This document shows positions 25,301 to 38,145 of a stretch of 64,000 bases of DNA, one piece after another. Each line of letters starts with the position of its first letter. Position 1 is the stretch's first letter. Where the stretch lies: positions 868,001 to 932,000 of the forward strand of contig MU053881.1 in assembly GCA_013239625.1 (NCBI GenBank). The letters run 5' to 3'. The DNA is from Lama guanicoe. Taxonomy: Eukaryota. The position numbers were made by a program, and so were the translations under genes. The notes below the pieces were generated by a model. It was not told where the DNA came from, did not search any database, and worked only from the letters and a program-made list of their open reading frames with translations.

Positions 25301-28300
25301 GCAGCTCAGTGGTATCCCGAGGGCTCTGAATCCCTTCTGCTTTTCAGCTCCCGTGGTGTTGGCATCGGCCTCCGACTGGCTCTCTTCTTGGTACAGTGGC
25401 TGCTGGCAGCAACAGGGGTCATGCCCTTTCTCATTTTTCCCAGAAGCTTCTGTAAACTGGGGGAGCATCTTTCCTGGGGGAACCCCAGCAAGCATCTTAG
25501 CCTCTCACTGGCCTGACTTGGCTCGTGTGCCTCTCCTTGGACCAATCCTTGTTGTCAAAGGGTTGACCAATAGGGGTCCAACCTGAAGCTGGAAAGTTTG
25601 GGGATCCATTAGGAAGGCAAGGATATACCCTGGGGAGGCAGCCAGCACCCACGTACTGCAGTCAGCCTTGGGGTGCCGAGACCAGGCTGCACCTGGCTTC
25701 CCATGCAGCCCTAAGGGACTCCTCACTGCATCACTGGGCCTCCTGCCCCCTCTTCCTACACGCTGGGCTCGTGGCTCAGACTGGGCGTGTCTGGGCTTCT
25801 CTCTCCTCTGGGTCAGAGTCTTTGGGTCTGACTCTGGTTACAGGAGAGAGTAGGGGCCAAGCTGGGGCTGGAGGGGGCAGCCCACTCAGAGTGAGGCTTA
25901 GAGAAGTCAGAAGGGTGAGTAGAGTGACAAGGCGGGGAGCTGATCACCTGGCATGCGCCATCTTCAAGGAATTTTGTTCAGAGACACGAGCTGCATGCAC
26001 AGTCTGGGAGCAGGCGATCTGGAGCTGGAGCTGTGTGTCGCTGCCGTATTTACTCCACAATCTAATTCCCATCCGATGCGCCACGCATACGACTGAATCC
26101 GTCTGTTGAAATCTGAATGATTCATATCATCGAGGTTTTGTTCTGATGGGATGAAATTACTAACCATGGCTTAATTGATATAGATCAAAGTGTAACTTAT
26201 CTGTCAAAGGTCCCTCGGCCCCATCAACTCTCAAGTCACTGGTCAGGGAGGGGCCACTGATGGTGACTGTGGAGGGTGGGGCTGAGACTCAGCCAGGCGG
26301 CTGTCTCCTCCCAGAATCGAACTCCCCCCAGTGGCTGAGCCTCTTCCTGGGAGGGATGTCCTTGAGCCCTGTATGCATTTGTAACTGAGCCGTGTCTGGT
26401 AGGGGTCTCCTGCCTGAGACCCCCAGCAGGGAGGGAGGAGGGAGACCCTGGGAGTGAGTCCGAGGGCAGAGGGAGGGGATCCTGCCCTCAGGATCACAGC
26501 CTGGGGGTCTGTGTGCCTCAGAGGTGTGCAGAGTCATAAGCAGAGGTGAGTCTGCCACTCTGAAGCCCCCCTTTGGGCTAGGGCTGCGCTTGTATTAGCC
26601 CCCTACCCCTGCCCGCCAGGGCTTTGCTATTGGACAAGGGGCATCAGCGTTCACCTGGAGGGCGTGACTTGGGGCTGCCTCCTCCAGCACCTTGCACACC
26701 GCTTCCCACCCAGTCTCTGCTCTGGTCCCCCAGCCAGGACACCAGGGCTTCTGCCTGGACCCTCTGGACGTGGCGTGAGTCGGGGCCAGAGGAGCGGTGG
26801 GGCGCGAAAGCAGGGCAGAGCACAGGCAGGAGGTGGGGGTGCTGCTGGGGGCCGAGCAAGGCCTGGAGGAGGTGAGATTTTGGGTGTGATGTGAAGCCAT
26901 GGAAGGCTTTCCTGAAAAAGCCTCTTGGCTGAGGAGTAATTTACAGGCTCCGGGTTCAGAGGGCCTAGGGGACGGCCAGCACGTCCTGGGGCCCTCAGTG
27001 GGGAGTGAGGGTTTGCCGGGCAACCTGGCCCTGGCCCCGTGCCCCCGTTTCCTCGCCTGCAGACTGGATAGATGACAGTCTTCCTCAGGGGCTGGTGTGG
27101 GGGCTAGAAGGACCTGCACTCCATGGAGAGTGCATGGGGCTGGGCAGCTTCTCCTAAACTCAGGGTGCTTCATCGTCTTAGAGGTGGAGGCCAAACACCG
27201 ATGCTGCTCTCAGGGTGTTTCCAACGTGGGTTGTGAGGGGCACCCGACTTGGCTCTCAGAAACGGGGAGGTTATTCCACAGTGCGATGTCAGAGACACCC
27301 CCCCTCCTCCCCCGTCTCACAAGGACAGACCAAGGGCAAAGTCACGCAGCAAAGGCCCCAGACGCTGGCCGCAGTGTGCAAGGGGCGTTCCGCGGGACGG
27401 AGCTGGGAATGCGAGGGTTCCGAGCAATCACAGAACAGAGGCACAGGCCGTGGACCCTCGCGGGTGGAGGCCGTGGGCGGAGGAATCTGAACTCAGCCCC
27501 TTCCCTCTAAAGTCCTAAACGTGATGAACAAGCGTGCGAGTGGCTGTAAATTTCACTGCTGCTCGGAGGAAGGCACTATGGGGACAAAGGCAAGCGGTGA
27601 GGCCAGGGTCAGTGGGTGGTCAGGGAGCATCTGGGTGGGGTGGAGGTGGTGGCCTGGCCCCCTGGCAGGAACCACCAAGGCCATGCGGACTCAGGCTGGC
27701 TGGTGGCAGGTGCCCAGGCCCCCCCTACTGCTGGGAGCCTCCGTGGGTCACAAGCAGCTGCAAGGCTGGCTTCTCCCCATCCTGCACACACCCCCTGCTT
27801 CCCCCTACTTGGCCTCCAAGTCAGAATCATTATTTAATCCTCCTTGACTCCACAAATGGGGCATAGGCCTCAGCATAAACGCCGTCTGTGCATTTGGGTC
27901 TCAGAACCGTTTTCTGTCAGGTTAGGGCCAGGGCTCGAGCTGGGATTTAGCATCCAGGAGGTGGTCTTGTCCAGTGACTTTGCCCCCAGGGCTGAGGACG
28001 TCTCCCTCAGTTTGGTCCTGGCCTGCCTGCTTTTCCAGAGCCCATCCGCCTGCCTGCTCCCCAGTGAGGTCGGGAGGGTCCTTGGGTTTCAAGGTCATTA
28101 GGAGGGTCAAGGCCTCCGAGCTGTGCCGGCAATAGCTTTGGGGGTTGCCGTGGCTTCTGACAGTACCAGCAAGTGGAATAACACTTCCTGGGGCTCTTCC
28201 ATTTGTGCCGTTATATTTGATGCTCACACCGGTCCACGCATTCATGTTCCCATTTTACAGATGAGGGAGCTGAGGCTCAGAGGAAGAGGGCCCTTGGACA

Positions 28301-29590
28301 GGCCACCGCAACCCAGGAGCGGTGGTCAGGCTGGCTGTGGGGCTGCTGCTGGTTGGACCCCCCCCGACGGCTCGGCCATCCCTGGCTCTGTCCCGGCTCC
28401 AGGCGCGGGGCCGCTGGGAAGGCTGTCAGGCGTCCAGCCTCGGGAGTGGTGATGAAGCTGTGATGGAGCCGCGTCCCAGGCCCGCTGTGCCCAGAGCCTC
28501 TAATTGCTGGGAGCTGGCCAACCAGAAGGACAGGACGGTGATTGCAGACCTGGCGGAGTGTCCTATTCTTTTGGATGTTGTTTTTTTCCATTGCAATTGA
28601 AACAACTTCACTCCTTCTCACGGGGCTGTGGCCCTGGCCTCGAGCAGCTGAGCCGGCCGCGGGAAACTCTGACTCGCTTGGGCTGCCTGGAAGTGTGGTG
28701 CTGTCACATCCTCAGCAGCTGGCCCTGCCCCTGGTGACCTCAGGGGTGGGACCTAGCCAAGCCCTGGGCCCTGGGCAGGGGTCCGGGTCTGGCTTCCTGG
28801 TCTTGAATTTCCTGCCAAGGCCAGCTGGGTTTCCCATCTCCGCACCGGGCCACCCAGGGAGAATGCCCAGCTGCTAGTGTCAACTTGACCTAGACTCCCA
28901 CCCTGGCCAGGGGGCCCAGACTTAGGGAGAGTCAGCCAGAGGCTGGCAGAGGCTGCTGAACCCTTTTCCCTGTCCATCTGGGCTCCCATCAGCCAGAACA
29001 GAAGGCAAGACCTCAGACAGGAGGGTGGAGAGAGGATGAGGTGCTGGCCTGGTCCAGTCCATCCTGGGCGCAGCGGTCTTAGGCTAGGCTGCTGTTCCTG
29101 GACGTGGGATGGGTGGCATGGAGACAGGAGCTCTAACTCCTGCCTGGTGCAGCTCAGTGTGGGCATCAGTGAGGATCTGGCCCACTGCTTGCTCTTGGGT
29201 GCCCCCTGGCCCTCAGGCTCCCTGGGGAAAGCTGCCCTGTGCTGAGCCTCAGCCACAGCAGGGCCCAGGAGTGTGGGGGATGATGGGGAGGAGACACCCA
29301 CCTGCCTGGCTGGCTGGAGCTCTGCTGCCAAGAGCCCAGGGAGAATCTCCAAGGGAGCCCCGCACACCCTGAGCCCGCCTCTGACGTCTCTGGGGTGTTC
29401 CAGCCGGATGCTCAGGCCTCCTCTGAGGGCCTGTTTGGAGCAATCAGGCTTCAGGCAGGAGGCAGAGTCCACTCAGATGGAGCAAGTAGAGGGAGACAAA
29501 TGGAGGTACCCACGGGGGCAGGGGGAACTTGGGGCCATAGCATCCTGGACCGGCAGGACCAAGAGAAGAAGCAGTGTTGACCCGGCAACT

Positions 29591-29777
29591 GTTTTTTTGA
29601 GTGTACCATTCAATGTTATTTTTATTTATTATTTATTTTTGTTTAAAAATTAAAACAAAATTCTTAAATTGAAGTATATGTAGTCAGTTACAATGTGTCA
29701 GTCTCTGGTGTACGGACTGCATAATGTTTCAGTCATACACATACATATATATGTTCATTTTCATATTCTTTTTCATT
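29591..29777 (-). mobile_element. Short L1 3' tail with composite tail (possible 3' transduction)
   Basis: L1 tail 29667-29777; TSD acccggcaact/aactggcaact. Confidence 0.8.
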
Positions 29778-32606
29778 AACTGGCAACTTTTAATTAAGTA
29801 GACTTTCAGCAAGTTTGGATAACCAGTTTCTAAGGGGATAGAGTAGAGAAGCAGCAAATGTGTGTGTGTGATTGTGTGAGTGTGGCTGTGGGATGTGAGA
29901 GTGCAGGCCCGGGACACTCTTATGATTCTCCTTGATTCAGAGTAAAGGACCGGCACTGGGTCATCTGATTCCTCTGCGTCTTCCCTGGGATCCTGCACGT
30001 ACATAGAAGCTCATCTGCAAATATCTATGGAGTAGATGAGTCAATGTATAAAAACGTTAGTAACTGCAGCAAAGAGGGAAAGTGTCGGTCTGATACGTAA
30101 GAAAGCAAGTAAGAGGAAAGAAGCCAATAAAAGCAGATGAGAGAGATACAAAGGCATCGCGGCGTGGGGCTCATCGGGGCAGGGGCCAGGCATTCCGTCA
30201 CGCTGGGAAGATCCCGTCGGGTGGACGGTCGGTTGGAAGCCTTGCTCGCCTCCTCCTCCGCCTGCCCTGCCTCCTTCATTCTGGTTCCCAGACACGCTGA
30301 CCTCTTCCCTTCCATCTCCACATGCCAGTACTTTCCTGCTGTTCCCTCTGCATGGAATAGCTTGCCTTGTTGACCTTATAAATTCTCCTTCCTCAAGATC
30401 GAGTCAAATGCCTTCTCCTTTGTGAAATACAGCCCCCAGTCCCCACTCCTCTTCTCCGCCGGGCCTGGGGCCCCACCGTGAGCGGGACCTCGCCTCCAGC
30501 CAGGCGTTTGCCCCAGCCCACTGCCATCGTCTGGTTTTGTGCCCTCCTTTCCCATGAGTTCCTCCCAGGCAGGGGCATCGTCTAATTCTTCTTGGAGAAA
30601 TTCGACCAGTTTGCTGAATCAAATTGAAGTTTGGATATTTAAAGTCTCAAGTCTTCTAGAAATTTGGCTGATCAGAGAATCATGCCCCAAGGGTCCAGTG
30701 TATTTGAAGTTTTCTTTCAAAGGTTTAAGACAAAAGACCTATAAAGGTAGGGAACTGGCTTAAACCATTTCAGAGGAATTTGTCTAACATTAGACCAAGA
30801 TGCCCTCTAGGAAAGAACTATTTTTCAACAGCAGAGACTTCCTCAACGGTTAAATTGGACATGCTGGAGGCCCAAGGCTGCTCATGTCGATTTTACTTTC
30901 TTCCTCTCTCATTTCCTGGCTTTTAAAAGACTCATCCACTGTCGTTTAATTTAAGATAGTTTTCAACCTTCATGCAGTCGCGCTCAGCTGTACTGACCAG
31001 GCCATGTGCCCTGAGTCAGGCCTGCTGTGGAGGCTGAGCTGGGAGGTGCGTCAGGCCCACTTCCTGTGACGGGCTGCTCACTCCTGGTGGCAGAAGGGGG
31101 CAGGTGGGCACACAGGTGGGCTCAGGGGAGCCCTCAAGGGCTGGGGTGTCTGGGCCTCTGCAGTCTGGGAGGCTGAGGATGGCTGCTGGCTGCTGGCTGC
31201 AGGCTGATGTGTGCTGTGACTCGGGGAGACAAGGGTTCACAGCCTGGGTCCCAGGCTGCTGGCTGCTCCCTGCTCTGTGCCTTGGTGTCATCATCTGTAA
31301 AGAGAGAATGTGATGGGCTTAGCACGGGCTGGCACCAGGCAGGACTCAGGACGCGGGGCTGTGCTTGTGCGAAGCCATCTGGGATTATGTTATTATGAAA
31401 AGGGAGGCACGGTGGCCTGAGACGGAGGCCACTGGCCCAGCATGACTCCATGACCCAGCTCAATCCCTCCCGCTCCCAGCATGAGGCTCCCTCCCACCCA
31501 CCAGCCCAGCCCTGCTGCCTGGCGGGGTCCAGGGTGTCACACAAGGTGAAGGGTGGTGTCTGAGGTGTGTCCATGCTTTGGGCTGTCTGTGCTCAGGCCT
31601 CAGGGGAGGCTGTGAGGGAATCTAAGTTGGCCCTGAGGGAGGGTGAGGAGGAGGCCAGAGCTGGAGGGGTTTCTGGAGACGAGATTAGCGCCTGCCACTG
31701 GTGTGGGGGGGGTGGGGGTGGGGGTGGGGTGTATCCAAGACCTCCTCTCTGAGGAACCGCCTGGGGCCCGGGGCTTCTGCCTCATCCCTGACCACATTCA
31801 CTCCCAGGCCCTGGCTGTCTCCTTCCCTCTCCAGAGTCCACACAGAGCTCAGACTCAGCCGGGGGGCCCTGCTGTCCCTGCTGCCCCACGGTCCCAGGAT
31901 TCCCACGGAGGGACCCCATGCTGGGCCTGTCTGTCCGTGCTGGGGCTTCGGGGACCGTGGCCTTCCCAAGATAGGCCTCTGAGGGTGGCTGTCAGTGACG
32001 GAGAAACTTTTTTGCAGATGGAAGTGCTAATTAAGACATTTGAATGTCTTCCATATTCCTAATTCTTTGTTCTTTCCCTTTATGTAATAGAGAAGAGCCT
32101 GCCTCGCTCATTACCAGCTGGTCTAGTAAACATCTAGAGACTTAAGGATATTTTATTTTAATTGCCTGAGTCTCAGGATTATGGAAACAAGACAGTAGGG
32201 GGAAGGGCTCTGCAATGAGTCTGGAAAGAAATGCTCTTTGGGAAGTGGTCACTTGGAAGCAAGAGTTCAGGTTACTTGGATTGTTGGCGAGATTTAGTTT
32301 TTGACCTGCACCCAGGAAAGATTGAGACCCATTTGGAGGAACAGATGAGCGGAGCCCGAGCTGCTGCCCGGTGGACGGGAAGGCAGGTTTGAGCCAGTCA
32401 ATTAACCACATTTCTCCTTAATAAACGTGGCAAAGCTGCATGAAAATATGTCTTATTTTCTAAGTGGCATGAATCAAAGTCTGGCGAGGGGCCCGAGAGG
32501 CAAGAGCTGTTTGCTGTGTGACAGACATGCGCGCAGACTCCGGATGCCGGCTCCGGGTTTAACTCGCACAGGGAGCACGGCCCGCTTTCCAGAACAGGGC
32601 TCCCGA

Positions 32607-32633
32607 GCCAGCCAGCCAGCCAGCCAGCCAGCC
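32607..32633. repeat. (GCCA)n microsatellite
   Basis: Directly visible. Confidence 0.85.
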
Positions 32634-35600
32634 CGGGAGCGGCGGTGGGTGGTGGACGCTGGCTGGCAGGCAGGCCGGCAGGAGGAGAGCAGGGTGAGGC
32701 TGACCACCGGGAGGAGCTGCAGGTGAAGGGCAGGCCCGGCCCCAGCTCGGCTGCGCAGAGCCCCCCAGGGCGAGGCCTTGCGGGTGCCTGCCCCAGGCCC
32801 AGGGCTCCCCTCACCAGTGTGCCCGAGAGCCCCAGCTTTCCCGGTGCAGGTTGAGGGTGCAAAGGGGCCCAGTGAGAGGGCAGGGGCAGCCAGGGCCCAC
32901 CTCAGGACCTGGCTCTTGGAAGGTTCTGGTACCTCGGTGAGCAAGCCTGGCATGTCGTTCTCAAAGTGAGCACCCCTAGGATGTCATTGCCTGGCGGAGG
33001 GGTGGCATCCCTGTGACCCTCCATGGCACCCCCACCTCACCTGCTACACAGGCTCCCTGGAGACGTCCTTGGGCCTCTCCGCCCCTCTGCACCCTGCCCT
33101 GTGGCTCTAAGAGGGAGGGGTGGCTGGGGCTTGTACCCACACAGCCGTGGGGTTGGGCTGGCCGCCCTGGGAGCCAGGCTGAGGAGGCGGGACAGAGAGG
33201 ATGCTGCCCGCGTTGGGGAAGGCTGCCCTCCTCCACCCCCATAGGTGGCCTTTCTCTCCGCTTAGCAGGGAGAGTGCCTGCTTGGCCTTATTAAAGACTG
33301 GGACCCACCATAAATGCTAATTCTGCCCCCTTCACCCGCAGGGTGCGCGGTGATGGTGGAGGGAAAGCCATTAGGCCAAGCGCTTTCCGGGCTGGGGAAG
33401 CGCTGGGCTCATTAGGGAAGCCAAGCCCGCCCTAGGGCTCTAATGAGCTGTAAAAACCCCTCAGGACCGGGGGGGCTCACAGATAGGGTGCCCTCAGACT
33501 CCCAGAGGAGAGGTTTCTGCCTGATGTTGGAGTCCACAGGCCAAGGCACCTGATGGGAAGGCGGCTAACAAGCCAGGGCCTGTCTTCTACAAACCTAAAT
33601 TGAGTCTTGGGGACAAAGTTCTCCCACAGAGGAGGTGCCCCTGTCCTGGGTCTCCCCAGCGTTTGGTGGGGAAGGAGAGATGAGGTGGGTGGGGGTAGGG
33701 GCCAGGCTAGGGTCCAGCAGGCCCACAGGACAAGGTGGGGCGCTCAGGCATCGGGACTGCGGTACCTGGGTGGGGACATGGATGACGGCCATTAGGAGTG
33801 CAGGCGGTGCCTCGCTGGCCAGACTGGGGCTCTGGCCAGTTCCTGGGCCAAGAAGGTGGGTCTACAGGGAGAGAGGTCCTGAGTGGAAGCATGTGAGGCC
33901 TGTGTTGGTTTATTCTCAGAGACCCGTCCCTGATGGGCTTAAGGGGAAACACGAGCCAGCACCGGCAGAGGCAGGCGCAACCAGGCCAGGGGTCTGTTCA
34001 GGTAAGCCGGGGTCTGTTCCCTGGTCCTTCCCAGCCCCTTGAACTCTCTGCAGCTTCTTCCACAGGGACGTGCTCCCCACACAGGACCTTGGGAGCTCTG
34101 GCTTCTGCTCCTACCTTACTCAGCCCAGTGGGTGGAGAGGGCCTCTTGCTTAGAACTTCTGGGAAATGTCCCAACCATGAAACTCATCACCTAACTGGAA
34201 CCACTGGCCATGCCCTTCTTGAGCTGGGCCCGAGGTCGGTCACACTGGGGATTCTCATATGGAAGTCAAGGGGCCATGGGCACTGGCAGACCCAACCCAA
34301 AATTGACTCTTGAGCAGAGACACTCAAACCCCCACAGAACATCTGGTTCTCCCACCGAAAGCTCACTGCAGGAAGGGACCAAGGTGGCCTACGGGGTAAC
34401 CAGGCATGCAGAGGAAGGGTCCCTTTTCTGGAAGGAAGGTATCTACTTTCCAAATGCTGGCAACCTCCTCCCCGACCCCCAGGACAATGGTCCACACCCG
34501 TTGGCCCAGGTCAGCATGGTCAGGTGTCTGTGGGACAAGTGGCCTGTCATGTGCTGCCCTGTGTGTATACATAATAACTGGTGGCCGGTCTCCCACTCCC
34601 AGGCACACCTGTGCCTTCTTGTTTCTGAGCTCATGGGCCCTTCATGGGATTTCTCAGCTCGCAGACCCTCTCCTCTCTTTCTGGACACCCTTTAATTCCT
34701 TGGCATCCCTGATACAGCATCCTGCTGTTTCTTTCTACTCTGTTGACTACTCCCTCTGCCTCTTCCTCCTTTATCTTTAAGCTGAGCCTCAGTCCTTGGC
34801 TCTCTTTACCTCTCACTTTAAGTCACCCCCAGTCAGAGCTGTCCAGCTGTGACCGTAAGACCACATGTGGGCAGATGACCCTCGACTCTGCATCTCCAGG
34901 CCTCAGCTTTGGACTTGCCCGCTTGACATCTTAGCTTGTCCCCAACTTGAACTTGCTTTCTCCTCTCCTATCTGCTCCTCCTCCTGTCCTCCCCGTGTGA
35001 GCAAATACTTCAGTTGCTCCATCCAGAGACTGGGGACAAGCCTGCACTGGGAGCTGGCTGGGGCTGCCAGCCTGGAGCTGAGGGCTGCAGTGTCCCCAGG
35101 CTATGCACAGGCATGGCCCACGCAGACTCGCCCTGGGGTGGAGCTGTGGAGGGCGTCCCTCCTGGTTCCTATTATCTTATTGGCACCTCCAGAGGCCTCT
35201 GAGGAAGGGGATTCTGAGTGCAAGCAGCTGGAACAGGAGAAAGGAGTCCACAGGGTTAGTGGCTTCTTGGTCTCCAGGCAAGGAAATACTGATTTCGAGG
35301 TGCTGACGCTTCCCTTGGCCTTGTCACAGAGGCTGCCAGAGTGTACCAGGGAGTCACCCTGGACACGGCTCTGCATAACTGCCCACAGCCAAACAGGCTG
35401 CAAGCGCTGTTCTTCGTGCCTCTCAGATGGATCTCAAACCCACCCTCTTCATCCTCTCCACTACGACCTCTGGACCAAGCCATCCTTCTCTCTCTGTTGG
35501 ACTCTGCAGGGTGCTGCGAACTCATCTCCCTGTATCTCCTTCAGCAGCGAGCACAGTCCCCGGCACCTGGCAGGTGCATCATGGAGGGACAGAACTGCCC

Positions 35601-35640
35601 TCTGGGTGACAGGGGACCCAGGGGACAAGCTTTGCTGCTT

Positions 35641-35823
35641 CTTTTTAATGTATTGCATTTATTTACTTATTTTTTAAATTTTCAAATTAAAAAAATTTTT
35701 TTTAGTGGGGAGGGAATTAGGTTTACTTATGTATTTATTTTTTAGAGGAGGCACTGGGGATTGAGCCCAGGACCTTGTGTACGCTAAGCATGCGCTCTAC
35801 CACTTGAGCTACACCGTCCCCCC
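35641..35823 (-). mobile_element. tRNA-Ala-derived SINE (Vic-1-like)
   Basis: gggaattaggttta...ggcactggggattgagcccaggacc...ctaagcatgcgctctaccacttgagctacacc; TSD-like agctttgct on both sides. Confidence 0.9.
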
Positions 35824-36061
35824 GAGCTTTGCTTCTAAAGGTATATTTCGTGCCCTTGATGGTGGGGATTATTGCTACTATTTTCAGCTTATTGGGAAGA
35901 AAAATAACAATTTCTTGTTATTAAAACTAGAGAAGAGCTACTGGTTTGTCAGAGCAGGAATTACAGTTAGCACACTTTGCATGTCACCTACGGGTCCACC
36001 CAGTATGTGGTTGATGGTTGGAGTTATCTCTGCACACGTATTGTCCTGTGCTTTTCCCCTA

Positions 36062-36355
36062 ACTTTTAATTTTGAAATAATTCACAGGAAGTTGCAAAAA
36101 TTGTGTATAGAGTCCCTTTATAGTCTTGCCTCCCTGAATGGTGACATCTTATATAACCACAATACAATGTCAAAACCAGGGAACCGACACTGGCATAACA
36201 TTGTTAACTAGAGTACGTACCTTATTCAGTTTTCATCATTTTTAACTTGCAATAATCTCTCCCTCTCTCTCTCTCTGTCTCTGTGTATAGTTCTGTGCAA
36301 TTTTACACCATGGAGAGATTCAGTACTCACCACCACAATCAAGACACAGAACTAT
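36062..36355 (-). mobile_element. Old L1 3' end (L1MC-like), first part; resumes at about 38152-38590
   Basis: attttgaaataattcacaggaagttgcaaaaa...aatggtgacatctt...caccaccacaatcaagacacagaact. Confidence 0.75.
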
Positions 36356-36756
36356 GAGACGCCAGTAGCTGTGGTCTTGGGCATACAAAACAGGCCACCA
36401 GGAGGAATCTGCTCCATGTTAGCATTACCAAGAAAAAACCCACAAGCTACAGAGTTCATGCAAATGAAGAGTAGTTCCCATGGAAGAGATTCCTGTAGTA
36501 AAATAATTGCCAAGTCTGCCTGAGAAGGAAATACTCATCTTCATGTTGTTTTTCATATAACGTTCTCTTCCTTCAGTTACATCATTTGATGCATGTCTAG
36601 AAGATGTGTGTATGAAAGAGAAAAAATACATGGTAAAAATAGCTTTTTCATGATTATAATAGGGGAAAACACCCTATAAAAGAAGTAATAATAGCAAATA
36701 TCTAGTAATGGTGACTATGTGTTTGGCCATAGTAAAGCTTAAAAAAATCCATCGTC

Positions 36757-38145
36757 TGGAGAAAACAGTCTCTTCAGCAAGTGGTGTTGGAAAAGCTGGG
36801 CAGCTGCATGTAAATCAGTGAAATTGGAACACTCCCTCGCATCATACACAGAAGTAAACTCAAAGTGGCTTAAAGATTTAAATATGACAGGACACCACAA
36901 AACTCTTAGAAGAGAATATAAACAAAACATTCTCTAACATAAATTGTAGCAGTATTTTCCTAAGTCAGTCTCCAAGGCAAAGAAATAAAAGCAAAAATGA
37001 ACAAATAGGACCTAAACAAACTGATAAGCTTTTGCCCAGCAAAGGAGACCATAAACAAAATGAATAGCCAACCTACAGAATGGGAGAAAATATTTGCAAA
37101 CGATGTGACCATCTTAATTTCCAAAATGTATAAACAACTCGTAGAATTCAATTACAGAAAGCCAAACAATCCAATCAAAAAGTGGGCAGAAGACCTAAAT
37201 AGACATTTCTCCAAAGAAAAGTTATAGATGGCCAATAGGCACATAAAAATGCTCAACGTTGCTAATTATTAGAGATATGCAAATCAAAACTACAATGAGA
37301 TGTCACCTCATACCAGTCAGAACGGCCATCATTAAAAAGTCTACAAATAACAAATGCTGGAGAGGATGTGGAGAAGAGGGAGCCCTTCTACGGGCTGTTG
37401 GTGGGGATGTAGCGTGGTGCAGCCACTATGGAGGACAGTGTGGAAGTTCCTTAAAAACCAAAAACAGAGTTACCATATGATCCAGCAATCCCACTCCTGG
37501 GCATATATCCAGAGAAAACTCTAATTTGAAAAGACACATGCACTCCAGTGTTCATAGCAGCACTGTTTATAATAGCCAAGACATGGAACCAACCTAATGT
37601 CTATTGACAGATGACCAGATAAAGAAGATGTAGTGCATATATACACAATGGAATACTACTCAGCCATAAAATGGATGAACTAATGCCATTTGCAGCAACA
37701 CGGATGGACCTGGAGATTATCATACTAAATGAAGTAAATCAGACAGATATCAAATGATATCACCTACATGTGGAATCTAAAAAAAATGATATGAATGAAC
37801 TTATTTACAAAACAGAATCTGACTCACAGACATAGAAAACAAAGTATAGTTACCAAAGGGGAAGAGGAGGGAAAGATAAATTAGGAGTTTGGGATTAGCA
37901 GATATACACTGCTATACATAAAATAGGTAAACAACAAGGATTTACTGTACAGCACAGGGAACTATATTCAATATCTTATAATAGCCTATAATGGAAAAGA
38001 ATATGAAAAAGAGTACATTCATACAAATATCTATGCATACGTGTGTGTGTGTATATATATATAAGTATATATATATATATGTAACTGAGTCACTTTGCTG
38101 TACACCTAAAACTAACACAACACTGTAAATCAACTATACTTCAAA
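36757..38145 (+). mobile_element. 5'-truncated L1 (ORF2 3' part plus 3' UTR plus poly-A)
   Basis: ORF 37259 ([33 protein letters not shown]) matches ORF2; TSD aaaaaaatccatcgtc (36741-36756) / aaaaaaatccattgtc (38146-38161). Confidence 0.93.

Noticed and set aside
24686..25495. 269-aa minus-strand ORF (and the similar 270-aa ORF at 34865-35677)
   Set aside because: Both appear to overlap degraded repeats and have no recognisable protein family or exon structure.
32033..32050. Palindrome aagacatt-tg-aatgtctt
   Set aside because: An 8-bp inverted repeat is expected by chance in 64 kb.
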